Positions 9,344 through 18,290 of a stretch of 39,900 nt of DNA are shown here, piece after piece; position 1 is the first letter of the stretch, and each line of letters starts with the position of its first letter. Made by a program: the position numbers and the translations under genes. Under the pieces are notes generated by a model that ran no database searches, was not told the origin of the DNA, and worked only from the letters and a program-made list of their open reading frames with translations. Source of the stretch: Candidatus Kapaibacterium sp. (GTDB lineage Bacteria; Verrucomicrobiota; Verrucomicrobiia; Limisphaerales; UBA9464); the NCBI GenBank assembly GCA_044339945.1, contig JBIIUN010000003.1, positions 1 through 39,900 on the forward strand. Direction: 5' to 3'.

Positions 9344-10721
9344 GGTAGATGTTGACGCCGGTGACGTCGGCTTGGGTGGTGACCGCCCCGGGCGGCGCCG
9401 CGAGCGGGTGCAGGCGTTTCAGCTGTTCCCGGTCCCGGTGGATCAGATGCCATTCGAGCAGGAACTCCATGCCGTTCCGGGCCGGGTTGCACGAATCCAC
9501 GTTGGTGACGATCAGCAGGCCGCCCGGGGCCAGCATGTCGTAGAAGATGTTGACCAGCCGCTGGCAGATCCGATCGGACAGGTAGTCAAACAGGCCGGCA
9601 CAGTAGACGAGGTCGTATTGCGGGGCCGACGGGTCGATGCGGGCCGACTCCTTGAGGATCTGGTGGACCGACTTGCGCTGGAACGTGAGCCCGGTGGCCC
9701 GTTGGTGCTGCTGCTTCAGGGCGGTCAGCTTCTCCTGGCTGAACTCCAGGGTCTCGTCGTTGAAATCCACCAGCGTGAAGTCCGCGGCGTCGCACACCGG
9801 CTCCTCTGCCAGGCATTGCTGCACCTCGCCGGCCGGGCCGCAGCCGAGGTTGAAGATCCGCAGGCGACGGCCCGCGGCGACGGCCCGCGTGGTTTCGGCC
9901 ACGATTTGCCGGCGGAGGTAAGCGATGCGGTTGCGATGCGCCTCGGCCGGGGCCTGGGTGAGAAACCAGGCGTGGACTGCCTTGGCGAACAGCGAGCCGC
10001 CTTCCAGCGCCCGCGACAGGATCATGTTCACCATCAAATAGTCGCCGGCGTAGCCCAGTGGCTTCTGGAAGGTGCGGTAGGCGAACGGCGCGCAGAGCAC
10101 CAGCGGGTGCAGCAGCCGCCGCATGTAGGTGCGGTGCATCGCGTGGGCCGAGATGTCCACCGCGCCGGCGATGGTCTCGAACCGCACGAACAGCTCATTG
10201 AAGGCCGGCCCGACCGGCGGGCCGATTTCCGTGATGATTTCCTGCTCCCGGCGCAGGAGGTCGTTCGTCGGCAGGGAACGCAGGCCCAGTTCGACCTGTT
10301 CCAGCCAGCGGCGGAGGTCGGTGAACATGCTGTGCATGTCGGCGACCACGATCTTGAACTCGGGGCTGACGGCGTGGATTTTGGCCGCCTCCCGCATGAA
10401 GCCGGAGAGTTCGTTCCGCAATTGGTCCGGCTCCGTGAGCGGCGAGAACAGGTCGACGTCTAGCCACGACTCCTCCAGCGCCGCCTCGCACACGAGCATG
10501 ATGCCGGCGTTGACGAGGTTGCTGACGACCGCGCGGCCGGAATAGACGAGCCGTTCGCCGATGCTGATCCGGAAATCCAGCAGGACCTCGGACAGCTGGA
10601 GGATGCTGTAGGGATTGTAGACTTCGAAGACCGCGGCGAAGCGATTGAGGCGGACCGGGGTCGCCTGAATCTCAGCCCCCTGGCTGTTGCGGCAACTGAT
10701 GATGGTATCGCGTTCGATCAC
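9315..10721 (-). CDS. phcB: Class I SAM-dependent methyltransferase, PhcB-like (3-hydroxy fatty acid methyl ester signal synthase family)
   Basis: Motif I NLGCGPAGE, post-I VDFN, YDLVYCAGLFDYL, LAPGG. The family-type motif KPLGYAGDY.MVNMI and N-terminal RNSQG.E..AT..RL.R...VFEVY are recognised from memory. Sits directly upstream of the sensor kinase and receiver-kinase genes, as in phcBSRQ. Probable start GTG 10721 (ORF track starts at 10823). Confidence 0.75.
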   Translation of the reverse strand: MIERDTIISCRNSQGAEIQATPVRLNRFAAVFEVYNPYSILQLSEVLLDFRISIGERLVYSGRAVVSNLVNAGIMLVCEAALEESWLDVDLFSPLTEPDQLRNELSGFMREAAKIHAVSPEFKIVVADMHSMFTDLRRWLEQVELGLRSLPTNDLLRREQEIITEIGPPVGPAFNELFVRFETIAGAVDISAHAMHRTYMRRLLHPLVLCAPFAYRTFQKPLGYAGDYLMVNMILSRALEGGSLFAKAVHAWFLTQAPAEAHRNRIAYLRRQIVAETTRAVAAGRRLRIFNLGCGPAGEVQQCLAEEPVCDAADFTLVDFNDETLEFSQEKLTALKQQHQRATGLTFQRKSVHQILKESARIDPSAPQYDLVYCAGLFDYLSDRICQRLVNIFYDMLAPGGLLIVTNVDSCNPARNGMEFLLEWHLIHRDREQLKRLHPLAAPPGAVTTQADVTGVNIYLEVRKPGIA

Positions 10722-10794
10722 GGTGCTGGTGTGGACCCGACCGGGCTTGGCCGGCGGGAGAAATGGCGAACTCCCGACAGCCGACACGAGGGCG

Positions 10795-10823
10795 AACCTA
10801 AGGGGCCGGCCGGACAATCCCAA
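10795..10823 (-). promoter_or_regulatory. Possible sigma70-type promoter for the phcB-like operon
   Basis: Minus strand TTGGGA-N17-TAGGTT in the fadL-phcB gap; weak match. Confidence 0.25.
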
Positions 10824-10879
10824 GCGGGAAGTCCGGCCGCCTCAGGCTCGGTTCCGTGAGTCCGGCGGGTGTGTGGCCG

Positions 10880-12121
10880 CTAGAAGCGGCAGCCCACCGT
10901 GATGAAGATCGCGTGGCTGATGAACTCGTAGCGGCCGTCGGCGGATTGGCCGAGCGGGGAAACGAGGCTGCCGGCCACCGTCCGGGTCGGCCCATAGCCG
11001 AACTGGTAGGCCACGTCGAAGTCCAGCCGCTCGCCGCGGTGACCGACACCCACGCTCCAGAAGTGCCGGTCCAAGTCGGCCACCAGCGGGTTGTAGGTCA
11101 CGTCCGGCACCGAGTTTTCGTTGTAGATGTAGCCGCCGCTCACCGTCCAGCCATTGTCCAGGTAGCGGGTCGCGCCGAATTCGTAGTAGAAGCTGGATTC
11201 CCAATGGAACGGCAGCGGCAACGGGTTGGCCGGCAGGCCGGGGACCGCCTGTTGCTGGATGACGAAGGTGTTGAGCCGGTTCCAGTCGGTCCAATCCACG
11301 TTGAACTCCAGGTTCCAGGCGGGCGTGGGGCGGAACGAAAGTCCCGCGACGATATTCTGCGGGAACTTCCACTCGGAGCTCGCCGTCGGATTCAGCCCCA
11401 ACAAGTTCCAAGTCGTGTCCCCCTTGAGTTCCACGGTGGTGGCGCTTCGGTAGTTGAGCCCGAACTGGAACTGGGGATTGATCTTCCACATCAGCCCGGC
11501 GTTGAAACCCGCCGACCAGCCGTTGCCCTCGAACCTCAATTGGTCGCCCAGTCCGGCCGCGGGCGTCGCGAAGCCTTGGCGCAGGGCGGTATCGACGAAG
11601 TTCACCATCGGCCCCGCCGCAATCGACAGGCTGGGCGTGATTTCCCAGGCGATGACCGGATTGATCGTGAAGTAGCTCAGGCGGCCACGGATGCCGACGG
11701 TGCGGAAGCCTGTGTCCTCCGGCCATTCGTTGCTCAGCCCGAACGGCGAATAGAGGCCCAGGCCGTAGGCCAAGGGCAGGGATTCGGACTTGTAGGTGTA
11801 GAACAGTTGCGGGACCGCATGCAGGTCGTTGCGGTTGTCGTATTCCTGGCCGCCGGGCGCGGTGTAGTCGCTGTCCGTCTTGATGCCGAAGACGCCGCCG
11901 CGAAATTGCTGCCCTTCCAGTTGGGTGATGCCCGCCGGATTGTAGAAGATGGCGGACGCATTGTCGGCCGTGGCCGCAAAGGCCTCGCCCCGGGCGGTGG
12001 CAAAGGCATCCTGGTCGGGCAGCCGGAAGCCGGTGCCCAAGGCGGGCAACGTGCAGGCCAGGGCGGTGGTGGCGGCGGTGAAACGCCGGCAGAGGTGATG
12101 AGGAGTGGGGTGGATCTTCAT
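10880..12121 (-). CDS. fadL: FadL/OmpP1/TodX outer-membrane long-chain fatty acid (hydrophobic compound) transporter
   Basis: Signal peptide, then GFRLPDQDAFATARGEAFAATADNASAIFYNPAG (hatch NPA motif) and YSPFGL...W. Alternating beta-strands and a C-terminal Phe. Confidence 0.9.
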   Translation of the reverse strand: MKIHPTPHHLCRRFTAATTALACTLPALGTGFRLPDQDAFATARGEAFAATADNASAIFYNPAGITQLEGQQFRGGVFGIKTDSDYTAPGGQEYDNRNDLHAVPQLFYTYKSESLPLAYGLGLYSPFGLSNEWPEDTGFRTVGIRGRLSYFTINPVIAWEITPSLSIAAGPMVNFVDTALRQGFATPAAGLGDQLRFEGNGWSAGFNAGLMWKINPQFQFGLNYRSATTVELKGDTTWNLLGLNPTASSEWKFPQNIVAGLSFRPTPAWNLEFNVDWTDWNRLNTFVIQQQAVPGLPANPLPLPFHWESSFYYEFGATRYLDNGWTVSGGYIYNENSVPDVTYNPLVADLDRHFWSVGVGHRGERLDFDVAYQFGYGPTRTVAGSLVSPLGQSADGRYEFISHAIFITVGCRF

Positions 12122-12167
12122 GTGTGGTAGTGAAGCGAAAGGAGGGGAGACGGGGCGTCAGCCGGGG

Positions 12168-12995
12168 TCATGGACGACGGTTCAGTTCCGCGGCCCGGCG
12201 GAAAAAATCGGTCACGCCGATGGAGCGGTTGAACCATTCCCCGAATCTGGGAAAGAGCGCGGACAGCGCCAGTATCGGCCGCACAGGGTAACGGTTAACG
12301 ATGAGTTCGGGGCAATCCTCGCGGATGGCCCGGATCACCGCCTGGCAGACGCGTTCCGGCGGGCAGGCGCCCAGCAACGCCGGGGCGGCGTGACCGGTGG
12401 TTTCCTTCAGCCGGGTGTAGATGCCGGCCTCGATGAAGCCGGGGGTCACCACCGAGGCGCTGACGCCCGTGCCCCGGTAGCTTGCCCGCAGCGACTGGGT
12501 GAAACCGACCAGCCCGGCCTTGGTCGCGGCGTAGGGCTCCTGGAAGCCCGGCCCCGCTTTGCCGGCCAGCGAAGAAATGTTCAAGATGTGGCCGGTGCCA
12601 CGTTCCAGGAGGTGCGGGAGCAATTGCCAGGACAACAGCATGGGCGCCTCCAGGTTGACGGCGATCACCTCCGCGATCTGCGACGCGGTCAGTTCGTGGT
12701 AGGCCCACGAATACTCCACGCCGGCGTTGTTGATGAGCAGGTCCACCTGGCCGAAGTGGCGGAGCGCGCTTTCGATGACCCGTGTCCGTTCGGCGGCGAC
12801 CCGCAGGTCGGCGACCAGGACTTCGGCGCGCACCGTTTCCTTCGCGGCGACGGCCTGCACGCGCGGGAGTTCCACCCCGGGATAGGCCACGAGCAGGAGG
12901 TTGATCTGCTCCGAGGCGAGGGCGTGGACCAAGTGGGACCCGAGGCCCCCACTGGCGCCCGTAAGAATAGCGGTCCGGCCGGCGAGTTGTTTCAT
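12168..12995 (-). CDS. Classical short-chain dehydrogenase/reductase (SDR)
   Basis: TGASGGLG (TGxxxGxG), NNAG, NISS and catalytic YAATK. Ends 46 bp upstream of fadL on the same strand. Confidence 0.92.
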   Translation of the reverse strand: MKQLAGRTAILTGASGGLGSHLVHALASEQINLLLVAYPGVELPRVQAVAAKETVRAEVLVADLRVAAERTRVIESALRHFGQVDLLINNAGVEYSWAYHELTASQIAEVIAVNLEAPMLLSWQLLPHLLERGTGHILNISSLAGKAGPGFQEPYAATKAGLVGFTQSLRASYRGTGVSASVVTPGFIEAGIYTRLKETTGHAAPALLGACPPERVCQAVIRAIREDCPELIVNRYPVRPILALSALFPRFGEWFNRSIGVTDFFRRAAELNRRP

Positions 12996-13220
12996 GACGC
13001 AAAGGGAGGCGAAGCCCCCCCACGTTCGCCGGCCCCTTAATGCGCGGATTGGGTCCCTCAGGGAAGGCTAATCTGCCGTCCGCCTCGCCAGTGGTCCTCC
13101 AGGGCCGGCGAAGGCCGTGGGAAAATCTTGGTCCTCCCGCGGATTGGGGAATTTCGGAAGGGGTCCCGAATGTCGCTTGCCGGTCGGTGCTGGTCTCGCG
13201 TCTGATGGCGCAACCCTCCA

Positions 13221-13757
13221 ATGAAAGCCCTCAAGAAAACACTCGTGGTCATCGCGGGCGTCATCGCCTTGCTCGTCATAATCGGCCTGTTTCTGCCCAA
13301 GACCTACCACGTCGAGCGTTCGGCGGTGATCAATGCCCCGGCCGACAAAGTTTACCCGTTCATCTCCACCTTCCGTCGCTGGCCGGAGTGGATTGCCTGG
13401 ACCACCAACAAGTATCCCGACATGACCATGAAGTTCGGTGACACTGACACCGGGGTCGGGGCCGGCTATTCGTGGGCGGGGAAGTCGAGTGGCAACGGCG
13501 CGATCACGTTCACCGCCTTGGACCCGGGCAAGAGCATCGGTTACCACCTCGACTTCGAGAACGGCCAGTATCTGTCCACCGGCACGATCAGCTTGGTGCC
13601 CGATGGCTCCGCGATGAAGGTCACCTGGACCAACGACGGCGATCTTGGGGCCAGTCCGATCGGCCGCTGGTTTGGCCTGTTCATGGATCGCATGATGGGC
13701 CCGGATTTCGCCTAGGGATTGGCCAACTTGAAGACGCGGGTCGAAGCCGCAAAGTGA
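13221..13757 (+). pseudogene. SRPBCC (polyketide cyclase/START-like) protein with an in-frame TAG at 13713-13715, 13 sense codons before the expected stop
   Basis: N-terminal TM, YHVERSAVINAP, GVGAGYSW.G, VTWTN.G. Reading through the TAG gives GPDFA*GLANLKTRVEAAK-TGA(13755-13757), the usual C-terminal helix of this family. Confidence 0.7.
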
Positions 13758-13775
13758 GCCGAATACGGCGCGCGC

Positions 13776-14711
13776 TCAGGGCAACGGGGTCGTTCGCGCC
13801 GCGGTCACGAGGTGATACCAGTCCGCGTGGGACAGGTTCAGCGCATCGGCCGCCGCGGCGGCGCGGATACGGGCCGGATCGGTCGAACCGACGACGGGTT
13901 GGATGCCGGCCGGATGCCGCAGCAGCCAAGCGAGGGCGACGGCTTCCCGGGTTGCGCCGAGGGCTCCGGCGAGACGGTCCAGCATGGTGTTGACCCGCGT
14001 CGGCTCGTAGCCGCGCTGGCCCGGCAGCAAGCCGTGAACGTGGGAGCCCAGCAGGCCGCCGGCGAGCGGGCTCCACGCCATGGGCGTGATCGTCTCCGCG
14101 AGGCACTGGTCCAGCGTGCCGTCTTCCAGCGCGGCGAGCTGAAGCAGGCTGAGTTCGACCTGATTGACGGCCAAGGGCAGCGGGCACAGCCGTTGCAGGG
14201 CTGTCACCTGGCTGGGACGGAAATTACTCACGCCGAACTCGCGCACCTTGCCGGCGTCGCGCAGTTGGACAAAGGCGCCGGCCACGGCGTGGGGATCCAT
14301 GAGGTAATCGGGCCGGTGCAGCATCAGCAGGTCGAGGGTTTCGATGCCCAGTCGGCGCAGCGAGCCCTCGACGCTGGTCACGATGTATTCGGTGGTGAAA
14401 TCATAGCGGACCGGCGTGCCCGCGGGTTCCCCGGCCCGCCGGATGCCGCACTTGCTGGCAATCAGGATGCGCGCGCGAAGCTCCGGGGCCGCCCGCAGCG
14501 CCTCGCCGAAGATCTCCTCGCAGCGCCCGCCGCCGTAGATGTCGGCCAAGTCGAACATCGTGTAACCCGCGTCGGCCGCGGCGTGGACCGCGCGGATGCC
14601 GACGGCGCTGGTGGGTTCCGGCGGCTGGCCTTCGGAGCCGGCGAGGCGCCAGCAGCCGTAGGCCAAGCGGGAGGCGACGAGGGCGCTGCGCCCGAGACGG
14701 AGGGTTTTCAT
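13776..14711 (-). CDS. Aldo/keto reductase (YdhF-like)
   Basis: Start ATG 14711 (MKTLRLG). Motifs YGCWRL, FDLADIYG, IASKCG, LLMLHRPD, GVSNF, NQVELS, AWSPLAGG, LAWLLRHP. Confidence 0.92.
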   Translation of the reverse strand: MKTLRLGRSALVASRLAYGCWRLAGSEGQPPEPTSAVGIRAVHAAADAGYTMFDLADIYGGGRCEEIFGEALRAAPELRARILIASKCGIRRAGEPAGTPVRYDFTTEYIVTSVEGSLRRLGIETLDLLMLHRPDYLMDPHAVAGAFVQLRDAGKVREFGVSNFRPSQVTALQRLCPLPLAVNQVELSLLQLAALEDGTLDQCLAETITPMAWSPLAGGLLGSHVHGLLPGQRGYEPTRVNTMLDRLAGALGATREAVALAWLLRHPAGIQPVVGSTDPARIRAAAAADALNLSHADWYHLVTAARTTPLP

Positions 14712-14834
14712 GTGCGGACGGACCGTGAAACCGGCCGTCTTCGGGTGAAAGCCCAAAGGCGCACGCGGGTCGGAGCCACTTGAACTAGGCAATCTCTTCG
14801 GAGTGCAGCAAGATCCCGCCGGCCATCCTGATTT

Positions 14835-15569
14835 GTGAACTCAACTCAGCCAGCAACCGCCCCGGCGCAGGACGGCTTCGGTTTTCCCGAGACTGCGTGG
14901 AGCACGATCCTGCGGGCCCGGCAGAATTCCGCGGACGAACGCTTCGCCGCCGTGCAACGGCTATGTGAGCGTTACGAGCCAGCCATCCGCCGGAGCTTCC
15001 AGAAGACCGCTGGGCCGGAAATGGACGTGGATGAACTGGTCCAAGGCTTCTTCACCGAGAAGTTTTTGCGCCCACAGTTTCTGGCCAATTTGGAACGGGA
15101 CGGCGGACGTTTCCGCGACTTCATCCGGCAATGCCTGCGCAACTACCAGCGCACGGCGTGGCGGCGTTCGGTCCGCCACAGCCACCATGAAGTCATCGGG
15201 GCGGAGGCGACCGAACCAACTTCGGAAGCGCCCGGTCCTGACGTTGCGCTGGACCGGGAATGGGCGCGGCAGATTTTGGAACTGGCCCGCGCCCGGCTGC
15301 GGTCCGAAGCGGAGGCGGGCGGTTTTCTTGAACTGTGTTCCCATCTCGAAGCCCAACTGGACGGGGCTACTGACCTGCCCGGTCAGGCCGAATTGGGGCA
15401 GCGTCTGGGCAAGTCGCCCAACGCCGTGGCAGTCGCCCTTCACCGGTTGCGCGAACGCTACGGCTGGCTGCTGCACGATGAAATCCGCCAGACAGTGGCC
15501 GATCCCACCCGCTGGCGAGAGGAACGCGACCACCTGCTTGCGATCCTCAATTCGGTTGGAACGCCATGA
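14835..15569 (+). CDS. ECF RNA polymerase sigma factor, kinase-associated type
   Basis: N-terminal F.xT.WS extension (FPETAWST). Region 2 DVDELVQGFF ... GRFRDFI, then DREWA, and region 4 HTH AELGQRLGKSPNAVAVALHRLRERY. Stop overlaps the kinase start (ATGA). Confidence 0.88.
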   Translation: MNSTQPATAPAQDGFGFPETAWSTILRARQNSADERFAAVQRLCERYEPAIRRSFQKTAGPEMDVDELVQGFFTEKFLRPQFLANLERDGGRFRDFIRQCLRNYQRTAWRRSVRHSHHEVIGAEATEPTSEAPGPDVALDREWARQILELARARLRSEAEAGGFLELCSHLEAQLDGATDLPGQAELGQRLGKSPNAVAVALHRLRERYGWLLHDEIRQTVADPTRWREERDHLLAILNSVGTP

Positions 15570-17863
15570 CCTTCGAGGAGTTGGCCCAGGCGCGGGAGGG
15601 CAGTCCGCTCGGGGCGTTGCCGCTTTCGGCACCATTGCCCGAGGAATTCCGCCTGGTTGGTGAGGACTATGTGCTGCTCGAACGGTTGGGCGAAGGCGGT
15701 ATGGGGGAAGTCTGGTGGGCGCGGCAACTGAGCACCGGGCGGGAGGTGGCTGTGAAGCTCCTACGGCGCGGACATTCGGATGCGCGTTTCGCGCAAGAGG
15801 TGGCGGCCCTGGCCAAACTGGAGCATCCCGGAATCGTGAAACTGTTCCAGGCCGGGCAGCACGAAGGTCGCCCGTTCCTGGTGTTGGAACTGATTGCGGG
15901 GCCAACCGTGGCACAGTTGCTCCAAGCCGGTCCGCTGGAGCCGCGCATGGCGGCCCAGGCGGTAAAGGAAGCCGCCGAAGCCCTCGCCGCGGGCCACTCC
16001 CAAGGACTCATTCACCGGGATCTCAAACCTTCAAACCTGCTCCGCGATGCGGCGGGCCGGGTGCGGGTGACCGACTTCGGCCTGGCCAAGGACCTGACGG
16101 CAGGGCGCGACTTGACCCTGACGGGCGAACAGTTGGGCACGCCCGCCTACATGGCCCCGGAACAGGTGGATTCTCGTCGCGGTGTCGTGGGGTCCGCCGC
16201 GGATGTTTACGGGCTGGGTGCGACCCTGTTTCACACGCTCACTGGGCGGCCGCCTTTCGACGGTGCGACCACGGCGGAGATTCTTCACCATGTGATGACC
16301 CGGGAACCCGACTGGCATACCGGTTGGGAGCGCGTGCATCGTGACCTGCGAACGATTTGCCAGCGGGCCATGCACCGGGAACCCGGCCGCCGTTACCCCG
16401 GCGCTGCCGAACTCGCGGCGGAACTCGGCCGTTTCCTCGCCGGCGAACCGATTCACGCCCGGCCGATGTCCCTGGCCGAACGCGCGTGGCGCACCGCCCG
16501 GAAACCTTGGCCCGTGGCCGTCGCGGCCGCGTCGGTGCTGGGCAGTTTGCTCGCGGCCCTTTTGTTGCCGGTGTTGAACCGGAGCCAGACCCGGGCGTTG
16601 GTTTCGGGGTGGCCGCGGGCCAACCCGACCGCGCTTCATGTCCTCAACACTCCCAGCCGGGCGGGCTCGGGCCGATTTGTGTCGTTCTCAGATGTGAAGG
16701 GCTTGATGGCCATTGGCGGTTCGGAACGCCGGGTGCGAATTGCAGCCCTTGATCCGTGGCGTCCGTTGACTGGCAGCCTTCTGCTCTCGAATCGGGTCAG
16801 CTTCCACGTCTTCCAGCCCGGTGAGCCCATTCTGCTGACCGTCGAGGAATCCGGGCGCTGGAAAATCGCCCTCGTTGATCCCATCTATCGCGAAGGCATC
16901 AGCGACCAAATGAGCACCAACGTCACCCGGGTCGCCTACAGCCGCGAGGGCCATCACTGGGCGCTGGGCTCCGCGGCCGGCGAGGTGGATGTGCGGGCCT
17001 TCACCGAGCGTCAATTCCGCCGGCCGTTCCAGACCCGACATGACGGGGCGGTCACTGCCCTTCAGTTTGACGAGACCGCCAGTCGGCTGCTGACGGCCTC
17101 AGCCGACCGCACGGTCCGACTCTGGGATCTCGCGACTCAACAGCCATTGCAGACTTGGAGCGCCGACGCGCGCTTTGTGGTCGCTGGTTTCGCGGCCGGC
17201 GATTCGCTGGTGTATGCGGCCCACGTCCGAAGTCGCAGGAGTTCCGTCACCCGCCTGTTTCGGACTGCCGACGGTTCCTCGGTGGCGACCAATCATTTCT
17301 CGGGTGAACTGACCGGGCTTCAGTTGAGCCCGGACGGCTCCCGACTGATCGCCTTGTCCAGTGAGCGCTGGGCCGAAATCTGGGATGTTCGAGATCTGAC
17401 CGTCATCGCCAAGACCAGCGAGCATCCCGAACCACTCACGACCGCTTCAGTCAGTGCCGACGGCTTGCGCCTGTTGACCGTGGATGCCAGCGGCAGCGCC
17501 CGGCTCTGGGACGCCCACACCGGCGAGCCGCTAAGCGACTTCTGGCGTGGGCCGGCTGGTATCCGGCACGCCGCCTTTGCCCCCGACGGAATCCGCATTG
17601 GCTCCGGCGATGTCGGCCCCACCGGCACCCTTTGGGACGCGAGTTGTCCCCTGCCGGTCGGTTGGGATCGGGAAGCTTTGCTCCGCGCCCTGTTGCGCGA
17701 CGGGCGCCTTCCCTCCTTGCGGCGGGCGGCCTGGCTCGCCCCGGAAAATGCCGACGTGCTGAACCGGCTCGCGACTGCCACGGCGGTCGATGAACCCCAG
17801 CCCCGGGGCCAGCCGGAAGCGGATTTTCTCCGCCAGCGTGCGGCGCGGTTGTCCCCTCGATGA
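15566..17863 (+). CDS. Hanks-type Ser/Thr protein kinase - TM - WD40 repeats
   Basis: GEGGMGEV, VAVK, HRDLKPSN, DFG, GTPAYMAPEQ, DVYGLG. TM segment VAVAAASVLGSLLAALLL. WD repeats LLTASADRTVRLWD and GSARLWD. Confidence 0.93.
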   Translation: MTFEELAQAREGSPLGALPLSAPLPEEFRLVGEDYVLLERLGEGGMGEVWWARQLSTGREVAVKLLRRGHSDARFAQEVAALAKLEHPGIVKLFQAGQHEGRPFLVLELIAGPTVAQLLQAGPLEPRMAAQAVKEAAEALAAGHSQGLIHRDLKPSNLLRDAAGRVRVTDFGLAKDLTAGRDLTLTGEQLGTPAYMAPEQVDSRRGVVGSAADVYGLGATLFHTLTGRPPFDGATTAEILHHVMTREPDWHTGWERVHRDLRTICQRAMHREPGRRYPGAAELAAELGRFLAGEPIHARPMSLAERAWRTARKPWPVAVAAASVLGSLLAALLLPVLNRSQTRALVSGWPRANPTALHVLNTPSRAGSGRFVSFSDVKGLMAIGGSERRVRIAALDPWRPLTGSLLLSNRVSFHVFQPGEPILLTVEESGRWKIALVDPIYREGISDQMSTNVTRVAYSREGHHWALGSAAGEVDVRAFTERQFRRPFQTRHDGAVTALQFDETASRLLTASADRTVRLWDLATQQPLQTWSADARFVVAGFAAGDSLVYAAHVRSRRSSVTRLFRTADGSSVATNHFSGELTGLQLSPDGSRLIALSSERWAEIWDVRDLTVIAKTSEHPEPLTTASVSADGLRLLTVDASGSARLWDAHTGEPLSDFWRGPAGIRHAAFAPDGIRIGSGDVGPTGTLWDASCPLPVGWDREALLRALLRDGRLPSLRRAAWLAPENADVLNRLATATAVDEPQPRGQPEADFLRQRAARLSPR

Positions 17864-17894
17864 CAACCAGCCGGGCGGTGTCCCGGCGGTGGCC

Positions 17895-17956
17895 GGACAT
17901 TTTTTCGGCGATTTCCGGCAATGTCCCGCCGGTGAATGAGTGTATGCCGGTGAATG
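17895..17956. promoter_or_regulatory. Candidate operator region upstream of the LuxR-type gene
   Basis: Inverted repeat GGACATT (17895-17901) / AATGTCC (17920-17926). An 11-bp direct repeat GCCGGTGAATG occurs at 17928 and 17946. Confidence 0.3.
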
Positions 17957-18220
17957 GCCGCGAAGCCGCCTGACCCAAACCACCGGACCCAGCCTCCGCG
18001 CCTGAGCCCGCGCGAAGCGGAGGTCGCCGCGTGGCTGGGTGAGGACGATACCTACGCCCAGATCGCCGCGCGGCTCGGGTTGAAACACGACACCGTGCGC
18101 GGACACGCGCGGGCCATTTTTGCCAAGCTCGGCGTGCGCACCCGTCCGGCGGCCGTCGCCCGGCTGCTGGGCCAAGGCATTGGGGCTACGCAAAAGGGGA
18201 GGATTGACTGCCAGTGTTAG
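17954..18220 (+). CDS. Stand-alone LuxR/GerE-type helix-turn-helix regulator
   Basis: LSPREAEVAAWL...TYAQIAARLGLKHDTVRGHARAIFAKLGVRTR; no receiver or ligand-binding domain. Confidence 0.82.
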   Translation: MAAKPPDPNHRTQPPRLSPREAEVAAWLGEDDTYAQIAARLGLKHDTVRGHARAIFAKLGVRTRPAAVARLLGQGIGATQKGRIDCQC

Positions 18221-18290
18221 TATCCGTGTGACTTCTATTCATGCCCCTTTCCTTCGATCCCAGTCTGGTTCCGGCAACCCCTGCACTTTC

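Noticed and set aside
3991-12130. Long plus-strand ORFs (3991-4884, 5442-6665, 7040-9181, 9207-10463, 10856-12130)
   Set aside because: Antisense shadows of well-supported minus-strand genes.
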